Virus record (IMG/VR): IMGVR_UViG_3300045988_118310
Location: 1-64,000 of that record
Source: a virus
Strand: one strand, 5' to 3'
DNA: 64,000 nucleotides
Positions within the stretch are counted from its first letter, which is position 1, and every line of letters starts with the position of its first letter. A program made the position numbers and the translations under genes. The notes below the pieces were generated by a model. It was not told where the DNA came from. It did not search any database and saw only the letters and a list, made by a program, of their open reading frames with translations. Positions 46,580 through 56,593 of this stretch are shown here, in pieces.

Positions 46580-46896
46580 ACATTATTATGCAGCGGCGGT
46601 TCAATCTCGAATGCTGTGTCACTCTCAGCATCATATTTAAACCACCTCGTCAATTCTGGTCTTGGATACAGACCTTCCTCGTATCCTTCAACGACTGCGT
46701 AGTTGTAACAATGTTCAAAGATGTCAGTCACGTTTTCCTTAACAACTCGAATAGCCTCTGCTAAATCTGTAAAGAATCCAGCAATCCAACTGTCGTCCGG
46801 CATCCAGTAGATGCCTTTGGTATTTGACACTGGCGAACTAAATTTCGCATTCTGCTCGTTCTTAAACGAGTCAATCATTGTTACGGTATAAATCAT
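46561..46896 (-). CDS. hypothetical protein
   Basis: internal start adjoining the upstream stop. Confidence 0.3.
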   Translation of the reverse strand: MIYTVTMIDSFKNEQNAKFSSPVSNTKGIYWMPDDSWIAGFFTDLAEAIRVVKENVTDIFEHCYNYAVVEGYEEGLYPRPELTRWFKYDAESDTAFEIEPPLHNNVCGYAF

Positions 46897-46897
46897 T

Positions 46898-47116
46898 TTA
46901 AAACACCTTATTATCAAAATGTACTCTATCTTCAACTGGTTCCTGTAACCATACAATCCATTCAAATTTATTCTTGGGATAACGGTCTGGATACTTCTGA
47001 ATGTTCTCAAGAAACTTTTCAAGCCCCATAATGTCTATCTTTCTAATTGCGTCAAGTCGAGTCACTTCATGTTTGTTCTTTTCATGATTTGTTTCGCTCA
47101 TAATATTTTCCTCCAT
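46898..47116 (-). CDS. hypothetical protein
   Basis: packed ORF. Confidence 0.3.
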   Translation of the reverse strand: MEENIMSETNHEKNKHEVTRLDAIRKIDIMGLEKFLENIQKYPDRYPKNKFEWIVWLQEPVEDRVHFDNKVF

Positions 47117-47129
47117 TAAATCTTAGTTT

Positions 47130-47360
47130 TTATTCGACTCGCTTATTCCACGCTTCGATAAGGTCGGCTTTGATTCTTTCCTTGTCTTTTTCAGAGGAAT
47201 CAAAGTAGTAAGTTTTGCTTTCCATGAAAACATGGCAGTTGCACCTATTTTCTTTGTTTCCTCTCGTAACATACATCCATCGTGTTTGGCGATAACTGCC
47301 CTCTGCAACGGTAACTTCTCCACCACAAAAAGGACACGGCTTTAATTTATATTCACTCAT
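47130..47360 (-). CDS. small zinc-ribbon protein
   Basis: CPFCGG...C.C. Confidence 0.35.
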   Translation of the reverse strand: MSEYKLKPCPFCGGEVTVAEGSYRQTRWMYVTRGNKENRCNCHVFMESKTYYFDSSEKDKERIKADLIEAWNKRVE

Positions 47361-47407
47361 AACTATGTCTCCCTAAATCTCAGCTTTTATTAGACATACC
47401 TTTTCAC

Positions 47408-47623
47408 TCAAAAGTTATCCAAATCATTTTTAGCAGCTAACACATTGTAATGAATTTCATGCTCGTGTCCTTTTACAGAATCATTTAATCTTTTAGCGAT
47501 CCTTTCCGCTCCTTGTTTTGAAAATTGCCAACTTGCCGTTTTCTCTTTTGTCCATCCATCTATACATTTATATTTTTTGTACTCAATACCATTTTTTGTG
47601 GTTTTAATTACATAGAATTTCAT
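47408..47623 (-). CDS. hypothetical protein
   Basis: packed ORF. Confidence 0.3.
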   Translation of the reverse strand: MKFYVIKTTKNGIEYKKYKCIDGWTKEKTASWQFSKQGAERIAKRLNDSVKGHEHEIHYNVLAAKNDLDNF

Positions 47624-47654
47624 AGAATCCTCCTAGAACTTAACTTTTATCACA

Positions 47655-47954
47655 TCAACTACGTTCTTTAATCAAACCATTATCCGATGCCTCTGCTCTT
47701 AATTTTATGAGTTCTTTCTTTGTTTCAAAATTTTTCTCATATCTTTCCATAAAAGCCCGAACGTTCATGTTCTTCTGGTTATTCGGAAAGATAAATTCAT
47801 CTAAAATACCATCTTTTGTTACCGTATAAATATCCTTTGATGTATACTGTTTTTTCAATTTCACCTCAAAGCCATGTTTTAATAGCCAAGAGATAGCTAG
47901 TTCCTCTTGTTTATTAAAGTCCCATTTTTTATTTTCAAGTCCTTGTAAATTCAT
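47655..47954 (-). CDS. hypothetical protein
   Basis: packed ORF. Confidence 0.3.
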   Translation of the reverse strand: MNLQGLENKKWDFNKQEELAISWLLKHGFEVKLKKQYTSKDIYTVTKDGILDEFIFPNNQKNMNVRAFMERYEKNFETKKELIKLRAEASDNGLIKERS

Positions 47955-48059
47955 AAGTCCACCTCATTCCATGCTTGCGCATTCTGTGATTATGCAAAGT
48001 TTAACAGCATAACCAGTTGTCGTTAAGCTTTTTACAGCAATTTCATAAGAACCCGGATT

Positions 48060-48275
48060 TTATCGACCATTGTGTATTGCATTTTCGATCTTGCCATTGA
48101 TAGAATCGATTTCACGCATCAGCCTACAACGATAGTTTCCGTTCTTATCAAGTCTGAAACACAAATCCTCATCGTCACTCTTGTAACCAATATAGCATCC
48201 AGACCGACACAAGCTCGTCGCATCAAGCGCATCTTGTATAACTCGTGCTTCATTGAGAGTCAAATCAATCTTCAT
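48060..48275 (-). CDS. hypothetical protein
   Basis: packed ORF. Confidence 0.3.
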   Translation of the reverse strand: MKIDLTLNEARVIQDALDATSLCRSGCYIGYKSDDEDLCFRLDKNGNYRCRLMREIDSINGKIENAIHNGR

Positions 48276-48290
48276 TGTTGTCCACCACCT

Positions 48291-48578
48291 TTATTCTTCT
48301 GCCTTTCCACCAACTCCGGCGATAAACACCCGATGCTTTCCATTCTCGTCACGCTGCCAATCACCACCAAGCATCTCAATCGTATTCAAGACTGTATGGT
48401 AAATCTCAACGGAATCCACTGCCTTTTCTTCATCTCCAAAATCATTGGTATGAATCCAACGCCAATTATTATCCAACCAGCTGACAACTTTCATAACACC
48501 AGCCCGCAGTTCTTTTTCTTTCGTGTTTGTCATTTTTTCACTCCTTTGTTTTACATATCCTGGTTCACAGCATTCCAT
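48291..48578 (-). CDS. hypothetical protein
   Basis: packed ORF. Confidence 0.3.
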   Translation of the reverse strand: MECCEPGYVKQRSEKMTNTKEKELRAGVMKVVSWLDNNWRWIHTNDFGDEEKAVDSVEIYHTVLNTIEMLGGDWQRDENGKHRVFIAGVGGKAEE

Positions 48579-49060
48579 ACCTCAGTCGAAATCATGTCGT
48601 TCTCATCGGATAGGCGACTAATCCAAGCATTGAGCACTTCACGGTACACTGTCATATTTGGACAAAAATGACTGTTGGTGAATACCGGCATATCGTCATT
48701 ACACAGAATTCTCATGATGGCAGCGCACACAGCGGCGGATCTCGATACGCCAGCAGCACAATTCACGCAGAACCAATCGGTCTTATCTGCTTCGTGGTTA
48801 TCCAAGACAAATTTCACAATATTCCTAGCTTGAACATCCGTAATGCATGTACCTTCCAGATCAGTAGTACAATCATCAAACTTCAGCGGTAGAAAAGTAA
48901 TATTACCCTCACACTTATGAAAATCAATATGATGGCCATTAGCTTCAGTGATTGAGATAAACCGAATCCGTTCAAAATGTGGCTGTCGGATAAAGTCTTC
49001 TGCATCTTCTGCGCTCATCACCGAGAATTTCCATTTTCTTCGATACATAGTAATAATCAT
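48551..49060 (-). CDS. dual-specificity/tyrosine phosphatase-like protein (CX5R)
   Basis: VNCAAGVSRSAAV active-site loop C-x5-R-S. Confidence 0.55.
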   Translation of the reverse strand: MIITMYRRKWKFSVMSAEDAEDFIRQPHFERIRFISITEANGHHIDFHKCEGNITFLPLKFDDCTTDLEGTCITDVQARNIVKFVLDNHEADKTDWFCVNCAAGVSRSAAVCAAIMRILCNDDMPVFTNSHFCPNMTVYREVLNAWISRLSDENDMISTEVWNAVNQDM

Positions 49061-49245
49061 TTCTCATCATCCTTCTTTAACAACACTTGTTTTAAATATT
49101 CTGGTGTTAGTTCTCTTATCGTTCCATCTTCCTCTTGAATCATTGGCACTTTATATTCTGACGATAACGGAACATTATACTTTTTACAAAGACTCAGGAA
49201 CAATTCACGATTAAACATCAAGCTCTCCTTCAACAAATACTCCAC
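49057..49245 (-). CDS. hypothetical protein
   Basis: packed ORF. Confidence 0.3.
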   Translation of the reverse strand: MEYLLKESLMFNRELFLSLCKKYNVPLSSEYKVPMIQEEDGTIRELTPEYLKQVLLKKDDEK

Positions 49246-49613
49246 GAGTCATTCCATGCACTCAATTCTTCTAACTCATTCCAAATCTGGTCAGAAATAT
49301 CTTTAATAACAGGATGCTTCTTTACCTGTTCCCATACAATTCTTGTTTCTTCTACGGTAAAATCCCCATAAATATTGTTAAACCACTTTACTAGAACCGG
49401 ATTAGTACCTTCCGGGAAAACAATCTTTTCATGTTCTGTGTTATCAGAACTCATAAAACCAAACCAATAATCGAGTGATCCGTCAACTTCAGAATCTCTT
49501 TTCTCTTTAATATATTTACTTTCTACTCCACCAAAAATTTTTGCAACCTCACACAACTCTCTGTCAAATCGTGGATAGCTAGAGCTTCCAGAATAACGAT
49601 AACCCATACCCAT
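49230..49613 (-). CDS. hypothetical protein
   Basis: packed ORF. Confidence 0.3.
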   Translation of the reverse strand: MGMGYRYSGSSSYPRFDRELCEVAKIFGGVESKYIKEKRDSEVDGSLDYWFGFMSSDNTEHEKIVFPEGTNPVLVKWFNNIYGDFTVEETRIVWEQVKKHPVIKDISDQIWNELEELSAWNDSWSIC

Positions 49614-49634
49614 AATTATTTTCCTCCAAAGAAT

Positions 49635-49910
49635 TTAGGTTTTATTGTTTTCATAAAGTTTTAACATAATTTCTAGCGAAACAGAATCCAGACTACCATA
49701 TTGAACCAAATTAAGCGCCATGTAAAAATTCCTTCGAATATTAAAGTCCACTACGTCCTTTATCTCACCGCCTTTTTGAGCGTGATACAAAATATTATTT
49801 AACTTAAACAGTTCCTGATAACTTAACTTGACAACGGCATCACCATCCGTATCTTTTGGATTTTCATTTCCATTAAAACTCAGAATATTCATATTTGCAC
49901 CTCCAGTCAA
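49635..49910 (-). CDS. hypothetical protein
   Basis: packed ORF. Confidence 0.3.
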   Translation of the reverse strand: MTGGANMNILSFNGNENPKDTDGDAVVKLSYQELFKLNNILYHAQKGGEIKDVVDFNIRRNFYMALNLVQYGSLDSVSLEIMLKLYENNKT

Positions 49911-50110
49911 ATATCCAAGTCTTTAAAATCAACCACTTCTGATTCACCATCATATTCAATATCTACATTCGATAAATATGTTTTGTACGTCTTTTCACGA
50001 CGTATAGCAGCTTCCATACTCGGACGTCGAATATCATAAAGCAACTGTTTAAGTTCTTCATCCGTCAAATTGTACTCTTCTTGCAACATACTCATATCCA
50101 CACCTCTCAA
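49907..50110 (-). CDS. hypothetical protein
   Basis: packed ORF. Confidence 0.3.
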   Translation of the reverse strand: MRGVDMSMLQEEYNLTDEELKQLLYDIRRPSMEAAIRREKTYKTYLSNVDIEYDGESEVVDFKDLDI

Positions 50111-50196
50111 TCAAAACGCAAACGGATTGTTATCCACTGTTGTTATCAGTGCCACATTCAAAATAAACATTACAAACGCGGTCATTCCATATTACC

Positions 50197-50385
50197 TCAA
50201 TCTCTAAATTCAATATCTACAACAATATTCTCAGGCTCTGTCATGTACCTTCGTGCCAACAGCTCTACCATACGTTCCTTGTCACCAAGATTGCTTTCTC
50301 GTAAAATATACGAAGCAACTTGCTTGCCTCTGTACAAAAATACGGCCCAAGCGCTTCTCCTTAGCGGATTTGAAACACCAATCAT
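50197..50385 (-). CDS. hypothetical protein
   Basis: packed ORF. Confidence 0.3.
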   Translation of the reverse strand: MIGVSNPLRRSAWAVFLYRGKQVASYILRESNLGDKERMVELLARRYMTEPENIVVDIEFRD

Positions 50386-50726
50386 TCCATCGCTTCCTCC
50401 AGAGAGGTAGTCACATCACCAAAGTCAAAATCCAGAGCACCAATCATATCATCCAGAGCATCCACAGTATCAGACAGATTCGTGCAAGCATTATCTGCTT
50501 TATCGTACCGCTCACTCCCCTGCAAATTCTCCGGCATGTTATCACGATACTCTTCTTCTTCCCATTGGATATCCTCAACATCGGATTTTACACTTTCGAC
50601 CTCAGATACAAGTTCTTCCAGCTTCTTACGGATGGAATCAAAGCGGTCAATGGTCTGTTTTATAGCTTTTCTACGAGTGTTATTCATTTTCAAATCTCCT
50701 CTCAATCTACAATACCAAGCTTGCAA
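50382..50726 (-). CDS. hypothetical acidic protein
   Basis: packed ORF. Confidence 0.3.
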   Translation of the reverse strand: MQAWYCRLRGDLKMNNTRRKAIKQTIDRFDSIRKKLEELVSEVESVKSDVEDIQWEEEEYRDNMPENLQGSERYDKADNACTNLSDTVDALDDMIGALDFDFGDVTTSLEEAME

Positions 50727-51103
50727 ATGTTTTTCGGATCAGTAATGTAGCCAAATGTCAATGTATTACGAAGATATCCCTTGTATTCAAATCCACGGTC
50801 ACGAGCCGCCAGACGGCACACATCCCGAATCGCAGATTCTCTCGGCCAAGAAATACCAGCCAACTGATACTTCCACTGAAGATCTCTCAGCTTCTGCCAC
50901 TCAATCACAGGTTTTTTCTCATCCTCGAAACACAAACCATTCTGTACCGCATACTTTAGAGCATCGCACCGTTTACTCTCTTCCGATGTGCAAATGTCCC
51001 AATCATTTTCAAGACGACGATACGCCCTGTTAAATGGTGCTTGCTTTGCCGCATCAATACCAAACGCTGCTCCAAGCAGACCCAAACCAAGTAACAGTCC
51101 CAT
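50702..51103 (-). CDS. secreted/lipoprotein-like hypothetical protein
   Basis: N-terminal signal-like MGLLLGLGLLGAAFG. Confidence 0.35.
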   Translation of the reverse strand: MGLLLGLGLLGAAFGIDAAKQAPFNRAYRRLENDWDICTSEESKRCDALKYAVQNGLCFEDEKKPVIEWQKLRDLQWKYQLAGISWPRESAIRDVCRLAARDRGFEYKGYLRNTLTFGYITDPKNICKLGIVD

Positions 51104-51118
51104 ATTTTAAACCTCCAT

Positions 51119-51802
51119 TTATGCTGTTTCCAATTCTCTTTTAACCAACGGACGACGTTTCGTTGCGTTTTTTAACCAATCGTTTCCACTAGGGGCTTGT
51201 CTATCCACTCTTGTATTGCGACCACAACCAATCGGACACACCCGGCGGTAATCATCAGCTGTCTTGCAGCCAAGAGATTCAGCTTCGTCCAGTGCTTTTC
51301 GCACATAAGCCCATGTATTACCGCCCAGATCAGAACACTTTCCAATTACAGCAAGTACGAGTTTATCACCCATGCGTTCAACATATTCTGCCAAAGCCTT
51401 CTTTCCTGTAGCACTGAGCTTCCCAATATTCTCTCGAAAAACATCCTCGACAGATTTCGTCGTTGTCGTCTCATCACAAGACGAAGACGATATCTTATCT
51501 TTTTCTTTCTCTTCTTCTTTTTCTAGCTTGGTTTTGCTTGCGCTTGCTTCGCTTTGCTTACGCTTGCTTGATGAGCCACCAGCTTTACCAGAAATCCTCT
51601 TACCTTCGATGTATTCGGCATCTTTATCCAAATCTCTCTTCACGGCAGGCCACACATACCGCTCATTTCCGTTGAGTTCAGGCTCCGTTCCAGACGATTT
51701 ATATTTCATCATCGCCAGTACCAGACGCCCCACCTCGGCAGCACTAAGGGGTTCAAAGTAGCTCTCGTAAGTATCCCAGATTTTAATATAAGTATCAGCC
51801 AT
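51119..51802 (-). CDS. DnaD-domain-like replication/organiser protein
   Basis: C-terminal NTWAYVRKALDEAESLGCKTADDY resembles the DnaD/DDBH2 motif; low-complexity Ser/Lys/Glu linker. Confidence 0.35.
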   Translation of the reverse strand: MADTYIKIWDTYESYFEPLSAAEVGRLVLAMMKYKSSGTEPELNGNERYVWPAVKRDLDKDAEYIEGKRISGKAGGSSSKRKQSEASASKTKLEKEEEKEKDKISSSSCDETTTTKSVEDVFRENIGKLSATGKKALAEYVERMGDKLVLAVIGKCSDLGGNTWAYVRKALDEAESLGCKTADDYRRVCPIGCGRNTRVDRQAPSGNDWLKNATKRRPLVKRELETA

Positions 51803-51810
51803 AACACACC

Positions 51811-52650
51811 TCAGTCTTCCAAGCTGTGTGTATTCACACCATAAAAAGTCTTCTTATAATATTCTTTTGCCTTATCCTCATCAAAACCAACGTACCGTAA
51901 TGTAATATCCTGACTACTATGATTCAACTGACCCTGAATCCAAGACAATGCCTGGTTATCATCCTTATTAAGACACATCTCACGATAACCAAATGTCTTA
52001 CGGCAAGAATGAGATGCAATCTTATAATTAAGACCCAAATCTTTGCCAGCGTTACGAAGAATACGAGCAAAAGAATCAACATCAATAGGATCACCGGCCT
52101 TTTTGGGTTCTGCAATATGAGGAATACCAGTTTTCCCATCTCCACCATTTGTCCTCAACGACTTTTTCCAGCTCCCCTGCCGAGACGGAAACATCCAATC
52201 GTCATATCCAAGTTTCGCAATCTTAATATATGTTTCAACAATATCCCTCGCTTCTGGAGTAAGGATGATTTCTCGATACTTGGACGTTTTTTCTTCAACG
52301 ATACACACTCCAGCGTCTTCAACCACTTCAATTTTTCCATTATAAAGGCAATAAGACATATCGGAAACTTTCAATTTGAGTAAATCACTAGCACGTAACC
52401 CGGTTGCGATACCTACGTTAAATAGACACCAATTGCGATATTGCTTTTTATCCCAGAAGTATTCCGAAATCATTTGAACATCATCCAAGCTTCTAATTGG
52501 AGAAATATTACGCTTACGCTTCTGCTTACTTCTTGTAACACCACGTTTTTTAGCCGGAACAGAAGGTTTCGGATTAAAATAAATCAATTTAGGTATCTGT
52601 TCTTCTTTTCTTTCAACAACTGCGCTCATTATATTCACCTCAAACTCCAT
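51811..52650 (-). CDS. small tyrosine recombinase (Xer/phage-integrase family)
   Basis: box I GLRASDLLKLKVSDM, box II HSCRKTF...LNHSSQDITLRY. Confidence 0.7.
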   Translation of the reverse strand: MEFEVNIMSAVVERKEEQIPKLIYFNPKPSVPAKKRGVTRSKQKRKRNISPIRSLDDVQMISEYFWDKKQYRNWCLFNVGIATGLRASDLLKLKVSDMSYCLYNGKIEVVEDAGVCIVEEKTSKYREIILTPEARDIVETYIKIAKLGYDDWMFPSRQGSWKKSLRTNGGDGKTGIPHIAEPKKAGDPIDVDSFARILRNAGKDLGLNYKIASHSCRKTFGYREMCLNKDDNQALSWIQGQLNHSSQDITLRYVGFDEDKAKEYYKKTFYGVNTHSLED

Positions 52651-52864
52651 ACTTCAAACAATACTTACCGTAAGATAATCCTTCAGCATCTGCCATTCTT
52701 ACAATCTCAACAAATGTTGGTTTATGTTTCTTTTTATTCTTGCATCGAATGGATGCCTCATTTCTTATTATCTTACGACATTCATCACAATAGAGCTTTC
52801 CACATTTAGGACCATACCATGTAATGCCACAGCGATTACACGTTATGTTTCCATATACCATCAT
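52640..52864 (-). CDS. small zinc-ribbon protein
   Basis: CNRCG...CDEC. Confidence 0.3.
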   Translation of the reverse strand: MMVYGNITCNRCGITWYGPKCGKLYCDECRKIIRNEASIRCKNKKKHKPTFVEIVRMADAEGLSYGKYCLKYGV

Positions 52865-52984
52865 AATTTACACCTCAAACTTGTCAATTTTCCAATGATG
52901 TCGATAGTAATTTCCAGAATTCCCACTAACAACGGACACCTTACATGAATCACACCACGTTTCGTCCTGTTTCACACTATTTCC

Positions 52985-53122
52985 TTACGAATCCCGGCAG
53001 TCCTTATAAAGCAAGAACATCTTTTCAGACAACTTCTCTTTATCTTTGTTAATAGTAATAATATTACCTTCTGCGTAAAAATCGCTAGAGTCGATACATT
53101 CGTGTAAAATATGAATCGTCAT
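52985..53122 (-). CDS. small ORF (45 aa, not in track)
   Basis: ATG with GAGGT RBS, fills the gap between neighbouring genes. Confidence 0.25.
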   Translation of the reverse strand: MTIHILHECIDSSDFYAEGNIITINKDKEKLSEKMFLLYKDCRDS

Positions 53123-53133
53123 TTTTATATACC

Positions 53134-53757
53134 TCAATTCTTTTCAAACAGATCGTTACGAACCTTCGGAGTAAATTGACGCGAGTCAAGCTGTTCAATA
53201 GCAGCCTCAAGCCGACCATGGCCCCAATCATCGTTATTTCGATGGTTCATCACAATCTCAAGCAGAAGCTTTGCATCCTTAGCTTCTCTGCGCTTCCGGC
53301 GAGCTCTTTTAAGTTCTGCCATAAGCTGATAGCCTTGCGCTGCATTTACAGTTTTGAACTCTATTGCGTGTTCAATATCAGCAATCTCATCGCTAGCCGC
53401 AGTTAAATCACTGTAGACTTTGGCATATAAATCATCGAGGCTGGTCATTGTTTTGTCTGTGACCTCAAGATTTTTCTTCAACTCTATCAGCCATTCAGAA
53501 TCTTCCATGTGAAATGCGTATGTATTTGGCTTTACAGCCGGAGCCGTTATATTCGGACTCTTGCCTGCGATGGTAGCTTCATCCATAGATTTTGGTGCAT
53601 AGCGTCCGTTCTTATACCCAGCGGGAAGTTTATTGATTTCACAGATTGCCAGCCCCTTTGATTCAAACTGCAATGCCAGATTGATATCACAGGTGGCGCA
53701 GATTCGACCTCCCTTCCGTTTCATAATATAGTTATGACCATTCGAGATTACATACAT
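53134..53757 (-). CDS. hypothetical protein
   Basis: 207-aa ORF. Confidence 0.35.
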   Translation of the reverse strand: MYVISNGHNYIMKRKGGRICATCDINLALQFESKGLAICEINKLPAGYKNGRYAPKSMDEATIAGKSPNITAPAVKPNTYAFHMEDSEWLIELKKNLEVTDKTMTSLDDLYAKVYSDLTAASDEIADIEHAIEFKTVNAAQGYQLMAELKRARRKRREAKDAKLLLEIVMNHRNNDDWGHGRLEAAIEQLDSRQFTPKVRNDLFEKN

Positions 53758-55065
53758 TTACTTATTCTCCTGTCCTTTCATCAGCTGCTTCACAGTCTTC
53801 TTAAATAGCGCGAGATTCTTTTCATTTTCGATAAACACCTTAGTCTTCGTATGCGGTGCCTTACCGTGTGCCTTTTCGTAAGCCACAAACAAATTATTCA
53901 TTTTCTTATAGCCAATATGCTCATAAATCAGAGTGTAAGTGTGCTTATATTGTGGCTTGTCACCAAGTTTTTCCGCCAGAGGCATCATGATTGGAAAAAG
54001 GATCTTCGCCGTCTCACTCTGTTTCTTGTTCTTAAGTTTTTTGTTAACGACTTCTTTAGCTACCACATCAATCACAGGAGTAACGTTCATATTTGTTTCA
54101 GAAACTGCTTCGACAGCCTTTGGAGTCGGACGAAGTTCATTCTGATTCTGATGCAGACGCTCGATAGATGCTACGTACATATCTGCAACAACAGCCTCCA
54201 TGATAGATTTCCAAGTGGAATCCTCTTCGATAATGTCGATTATTGAAATTTTCCCACTACGATTCGTTCTCTTAATATACTTTGCACGAGCATCTTCCAA
54301 AACAAAACCATAATTACGATTCAGATATTCATAGATCTTGTGAAGCGTTTCTTTATTTGTGTAACCTTTAGTATTTGCAATCACACCAATCTTGCTATAC
54401 AAATCTTTACGCCAGTCACTCATTTCATCCCGAAACACATTGCGAGGAGTATAGCTCTTAGCACGAATCGAATTATCCATCTGCTTATCCTTAATCTGAT
54501 GGACACACTGAGACACGCTGCTGATTACATTCAGTGCTTCGTTGCTAGTAGCACGAGCTTCCTCAATTTGGTCACCGAGCTCCTTGCGAGTGGAATCAAG
54601 TTCACTCTGAAGGTTCTTCATACTATCAAACAGAGCGTGAAGTCTTACATCAATAAATTCTTTACTCAGTGCAGCATCCATCTGAGGCGTAGCCAGAACG
54701 GTGTCACCACGCATCAAGGATTCCATGATGTCCCAGCAGAAATCCATGAACGCATCTGCTTTCGGCTGACGTGACAGACGGCAGATTTCCATAACACCAC
54801 GCAAACTGTAAACAATATATTCACGTTCCTTCGTGATTCCGCCCTCAACTTTCCTCAGTTTGAGGAATGTTGAAAGAGGGTCAAGACGATCCGTATTCTT
54901 AACATGGATGTTTTGAATTGCCTTATTAGGATTATTGTACTCTAGCGCTGCACCAATTTGTTCACGAGTCATGTAATACTGATGCTTGTCATTCTGGTAC
55001 ACATCCACATTCAGTACACCAAAGGGCTTAGAGGTTATTACGGTCATAGGATTATTAGTAGTCAT
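53758..55065 (-). CDS. Bro-N domain antirepressor-like protein
   Basis: N-terminal FGVLNVDVYQNDKHQYYMTREQIGAAL resembles the Bro-N/antirepressor domain. Confidence 0.45.
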   Translation of the reverse strand: MTTNNPMTVITSKPFGVLNVDVYQNDKHQYYMTREQIGAALEYNNPNKAIQNIHVKNTDRLDPLSTFLKLRKVEGGITKEREYIVYSLRGVMEICRLSRQPKADAFMDFCWDIMESLMRGDTVLATPQMDAALSKEFIDVRLHALFDSMKNLQSELDSTRKELGDQIEEARATSNEALNVISSVSQCVHQIKDKQMDNSIRAKSYTPRNVFRDEMSDWRKDLYSKIGVIANTKGYTNKETLHKIYEYLNRNYGFVLEDARAKYIKRTNRSGKISIIDIIEEDSTWKSIMEAVVADMYVASIERLHQNQNELRPTPKAVEAVSETNMNVTPVIDVVAKEVVNKKLKNKKQSETAKILFPIMMPLAEKLGDKPQYKHTYTLIYEHIGYKKMNNLFVAYEKAHGKAPHTKTKVFIENEKNLALFKKTVKQLMKGQENK

Positions 55066-55084
55066 TTTTGTTTACTCCCTACAC

Positions 55085-55336
55085 TCACTCTTTAATCATA
55101 AGTTGTTCTTTAGTCCATCGCATCATCTTAGTGCATTCATCTGTAGACGTATTTTCCCAGATAAAGACTCTGCCTTCGCCAGTTTCTTTATCAATTTCCG
55201 TGCAAGACAAATCAATTTGAACGCCATCTTCTCTCTGAAGATAAATGTAAATTCCTGGATAATCTTTATAATCTCCATCAGCTTCAGCAACCAGTTTTCC
55301 AATAGGCGTATCAATTTCAAATCTCTTTTCATTCAT
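55085..55336 (-). CDS. hypothetical protein
   Basis: packed ORF. Confidence 0.3.
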   Translation of the reverse strand: MNEKRFEIDTPIGKLVAEADGDYKDYPGIYIYLQREDGVQIDLSCTEIDKETGEGRVFIWENTSTDECTKMMRWTKEQLMIKE

Positions 55337-55365
55337 ATTACCATCTCCTTAGAAGAACTGTTTTA

Positions 55366-55626
55366 TCAAATCTCTACGATTTTCCACCAGTCGTATACGT
55401 CACAAGCATCAATACGAATATCACCTTTTAATCGCAAAACACTAAAATTCTGTTCACCGTTTTCATCTTTATAATATTTACAATAATGATTTACAAGAAT
55501 ATCGTCCACTTGTTTGTTCATTTCATTTTCCGCCTCAAGAATCGTATTAAAACCCTTTTTATAAACAACTTCTGGGAGAAATGAATTCTCACCTTTTGCA
55601 ATATAAATATTGATAAGCAAAAACAT
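55366..55626 (-). CDS. hypothetical protein
   Basis: packed ORF, internal start. Confidence 0.3.
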   Translation of the reverse strand: MFLLINIYIAKGENSFLPEVVYKKGFNTILEAENEMNKQVDDILVNHYCKYYKDENGEQNFSVLRLKGDIRIDACDVYDWWKIVEI

Positions 55627-55640
55627 TTTGTTTCCTCCTC

Positions 55641-55853
55641 TTAAAACTGATACTTCCAAAAGATTCGTGCGTTGCCGGTAATATCTTGCAAGCAAGAAAT
55701 GTACTCCCGGAACGAAATCAGCCCTTGTATTTTTAGAACCCATGCTCGCTTTGCACGAACTGCAATCGCTGGATCGTACTTCACAGCATCATCAAATGCA
55801 CTGTCGGTCATCTTACGTTCAAAGTAACGAATTTCGTTGATATTCATAATCAT
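55641..55853 (-). CDS. hypothetical protein
   Basis: packed ORF. Confidence 0.3.
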   Translation of the reverse strand: MIMNINEIRYFERKMTDSAFDDAVKYDPAIAVRAKRAWVLKIQGLISFREYISCLQDITGNARIFWKYQF

Positions 55854-56053
55854 TTCTCCTCTGTCTCACTCAGTTTCTTTTCAAAATCTTCGAGTTCTTC
55901 ATAATCTTCATCTGTGAGATAATCGTCGATCTCAATATCCAAAAGGATATAACACTGCGCCTGCAAAGCAACATACGCATCATCCGCACTCATTCCATTT
56001 TCAATAAGAACCTGTGCTGCTTCCATGAGTTTATCATTCATAGTTCGTTCCAT
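55850..56053 (-). CDS. hypothetical acidic protein
   Basis: packed ORF. Confidence 0.3.
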   Translation of the reverse strand: MERTMNDKLMEAAQVLIENGMSADDAYVALQAQCYILLDIEIDDYLTDEDYEELEDFEKKLSETEEK

Positions 56054-56070
56054 TTTCTAAAACCTCGATT

Positions 56071-56388
56071 TTATTTAATTTCAATATTCATTTTGCTAAA
56101 TAAATATTTAGCAGATTCTTCAATCGCATCAATAGACCAAACATTAGGATTACACACACCAAGAATTTTATCGCCAGAAGCATTGTAACGTGCATCACAA
56201 AAATGCCACCAGCTATTATCGCCAGCATCATATTCATAATAAACATCCACATCAATTTCAGGGTGACCATCTACATGATATTTAATCTGATCTTTATCAT
56301 TAAATGTATCCGGTTTGTATCCACGTCCATTCCATCCAGAAGGATTCATTTTAGAAAGAAAATCTCTTGCAATCTCACGTGCCGTCAT
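56071..56388 (-). CDS. hypothetical protein
   Basis: packed ORF. Confidence 0.3.
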   Translation of the reverse strand: MTAREIARDFLSKMNPSGWNGRGYKPDTFNDKDQIKYHVDGHPEIDVDVYYEYDAGDNSWWHFCDARYNASGDKILGVCNPNVWSIDAIEESAKYLFSKMNIEIK

Positions 56389-56578
56389 AAGTTAATGCCC
56401 CCAAAATAAAAGCTTTTTCTGAATCAAAAGGTTTTAGTAACTCACATTTGTTGGTTTCTTCATTAAAAATACCAACTGTCACACCTTCTCTTAACCAATA
56501 TGAAAGTGTATCAAGAGCTTCCTTAACTTCGTCCACTGAATGATCCCATCCGCAATTTTGGATAATCATAACTCTCAC
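56375..56578 (-). CDS. hypothetical protein
   Basis: packed ORF. Confidence 0.3.
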   Translation of the reverse strand: MRVMIIQNCGWDHSVDEVKEALDTLSYWLREGVTVGIFNEETNKCELLKPFDSEKAFILGALTYDGT

Positions 56579-56593
56579 TCCCTTAATTCCTCA

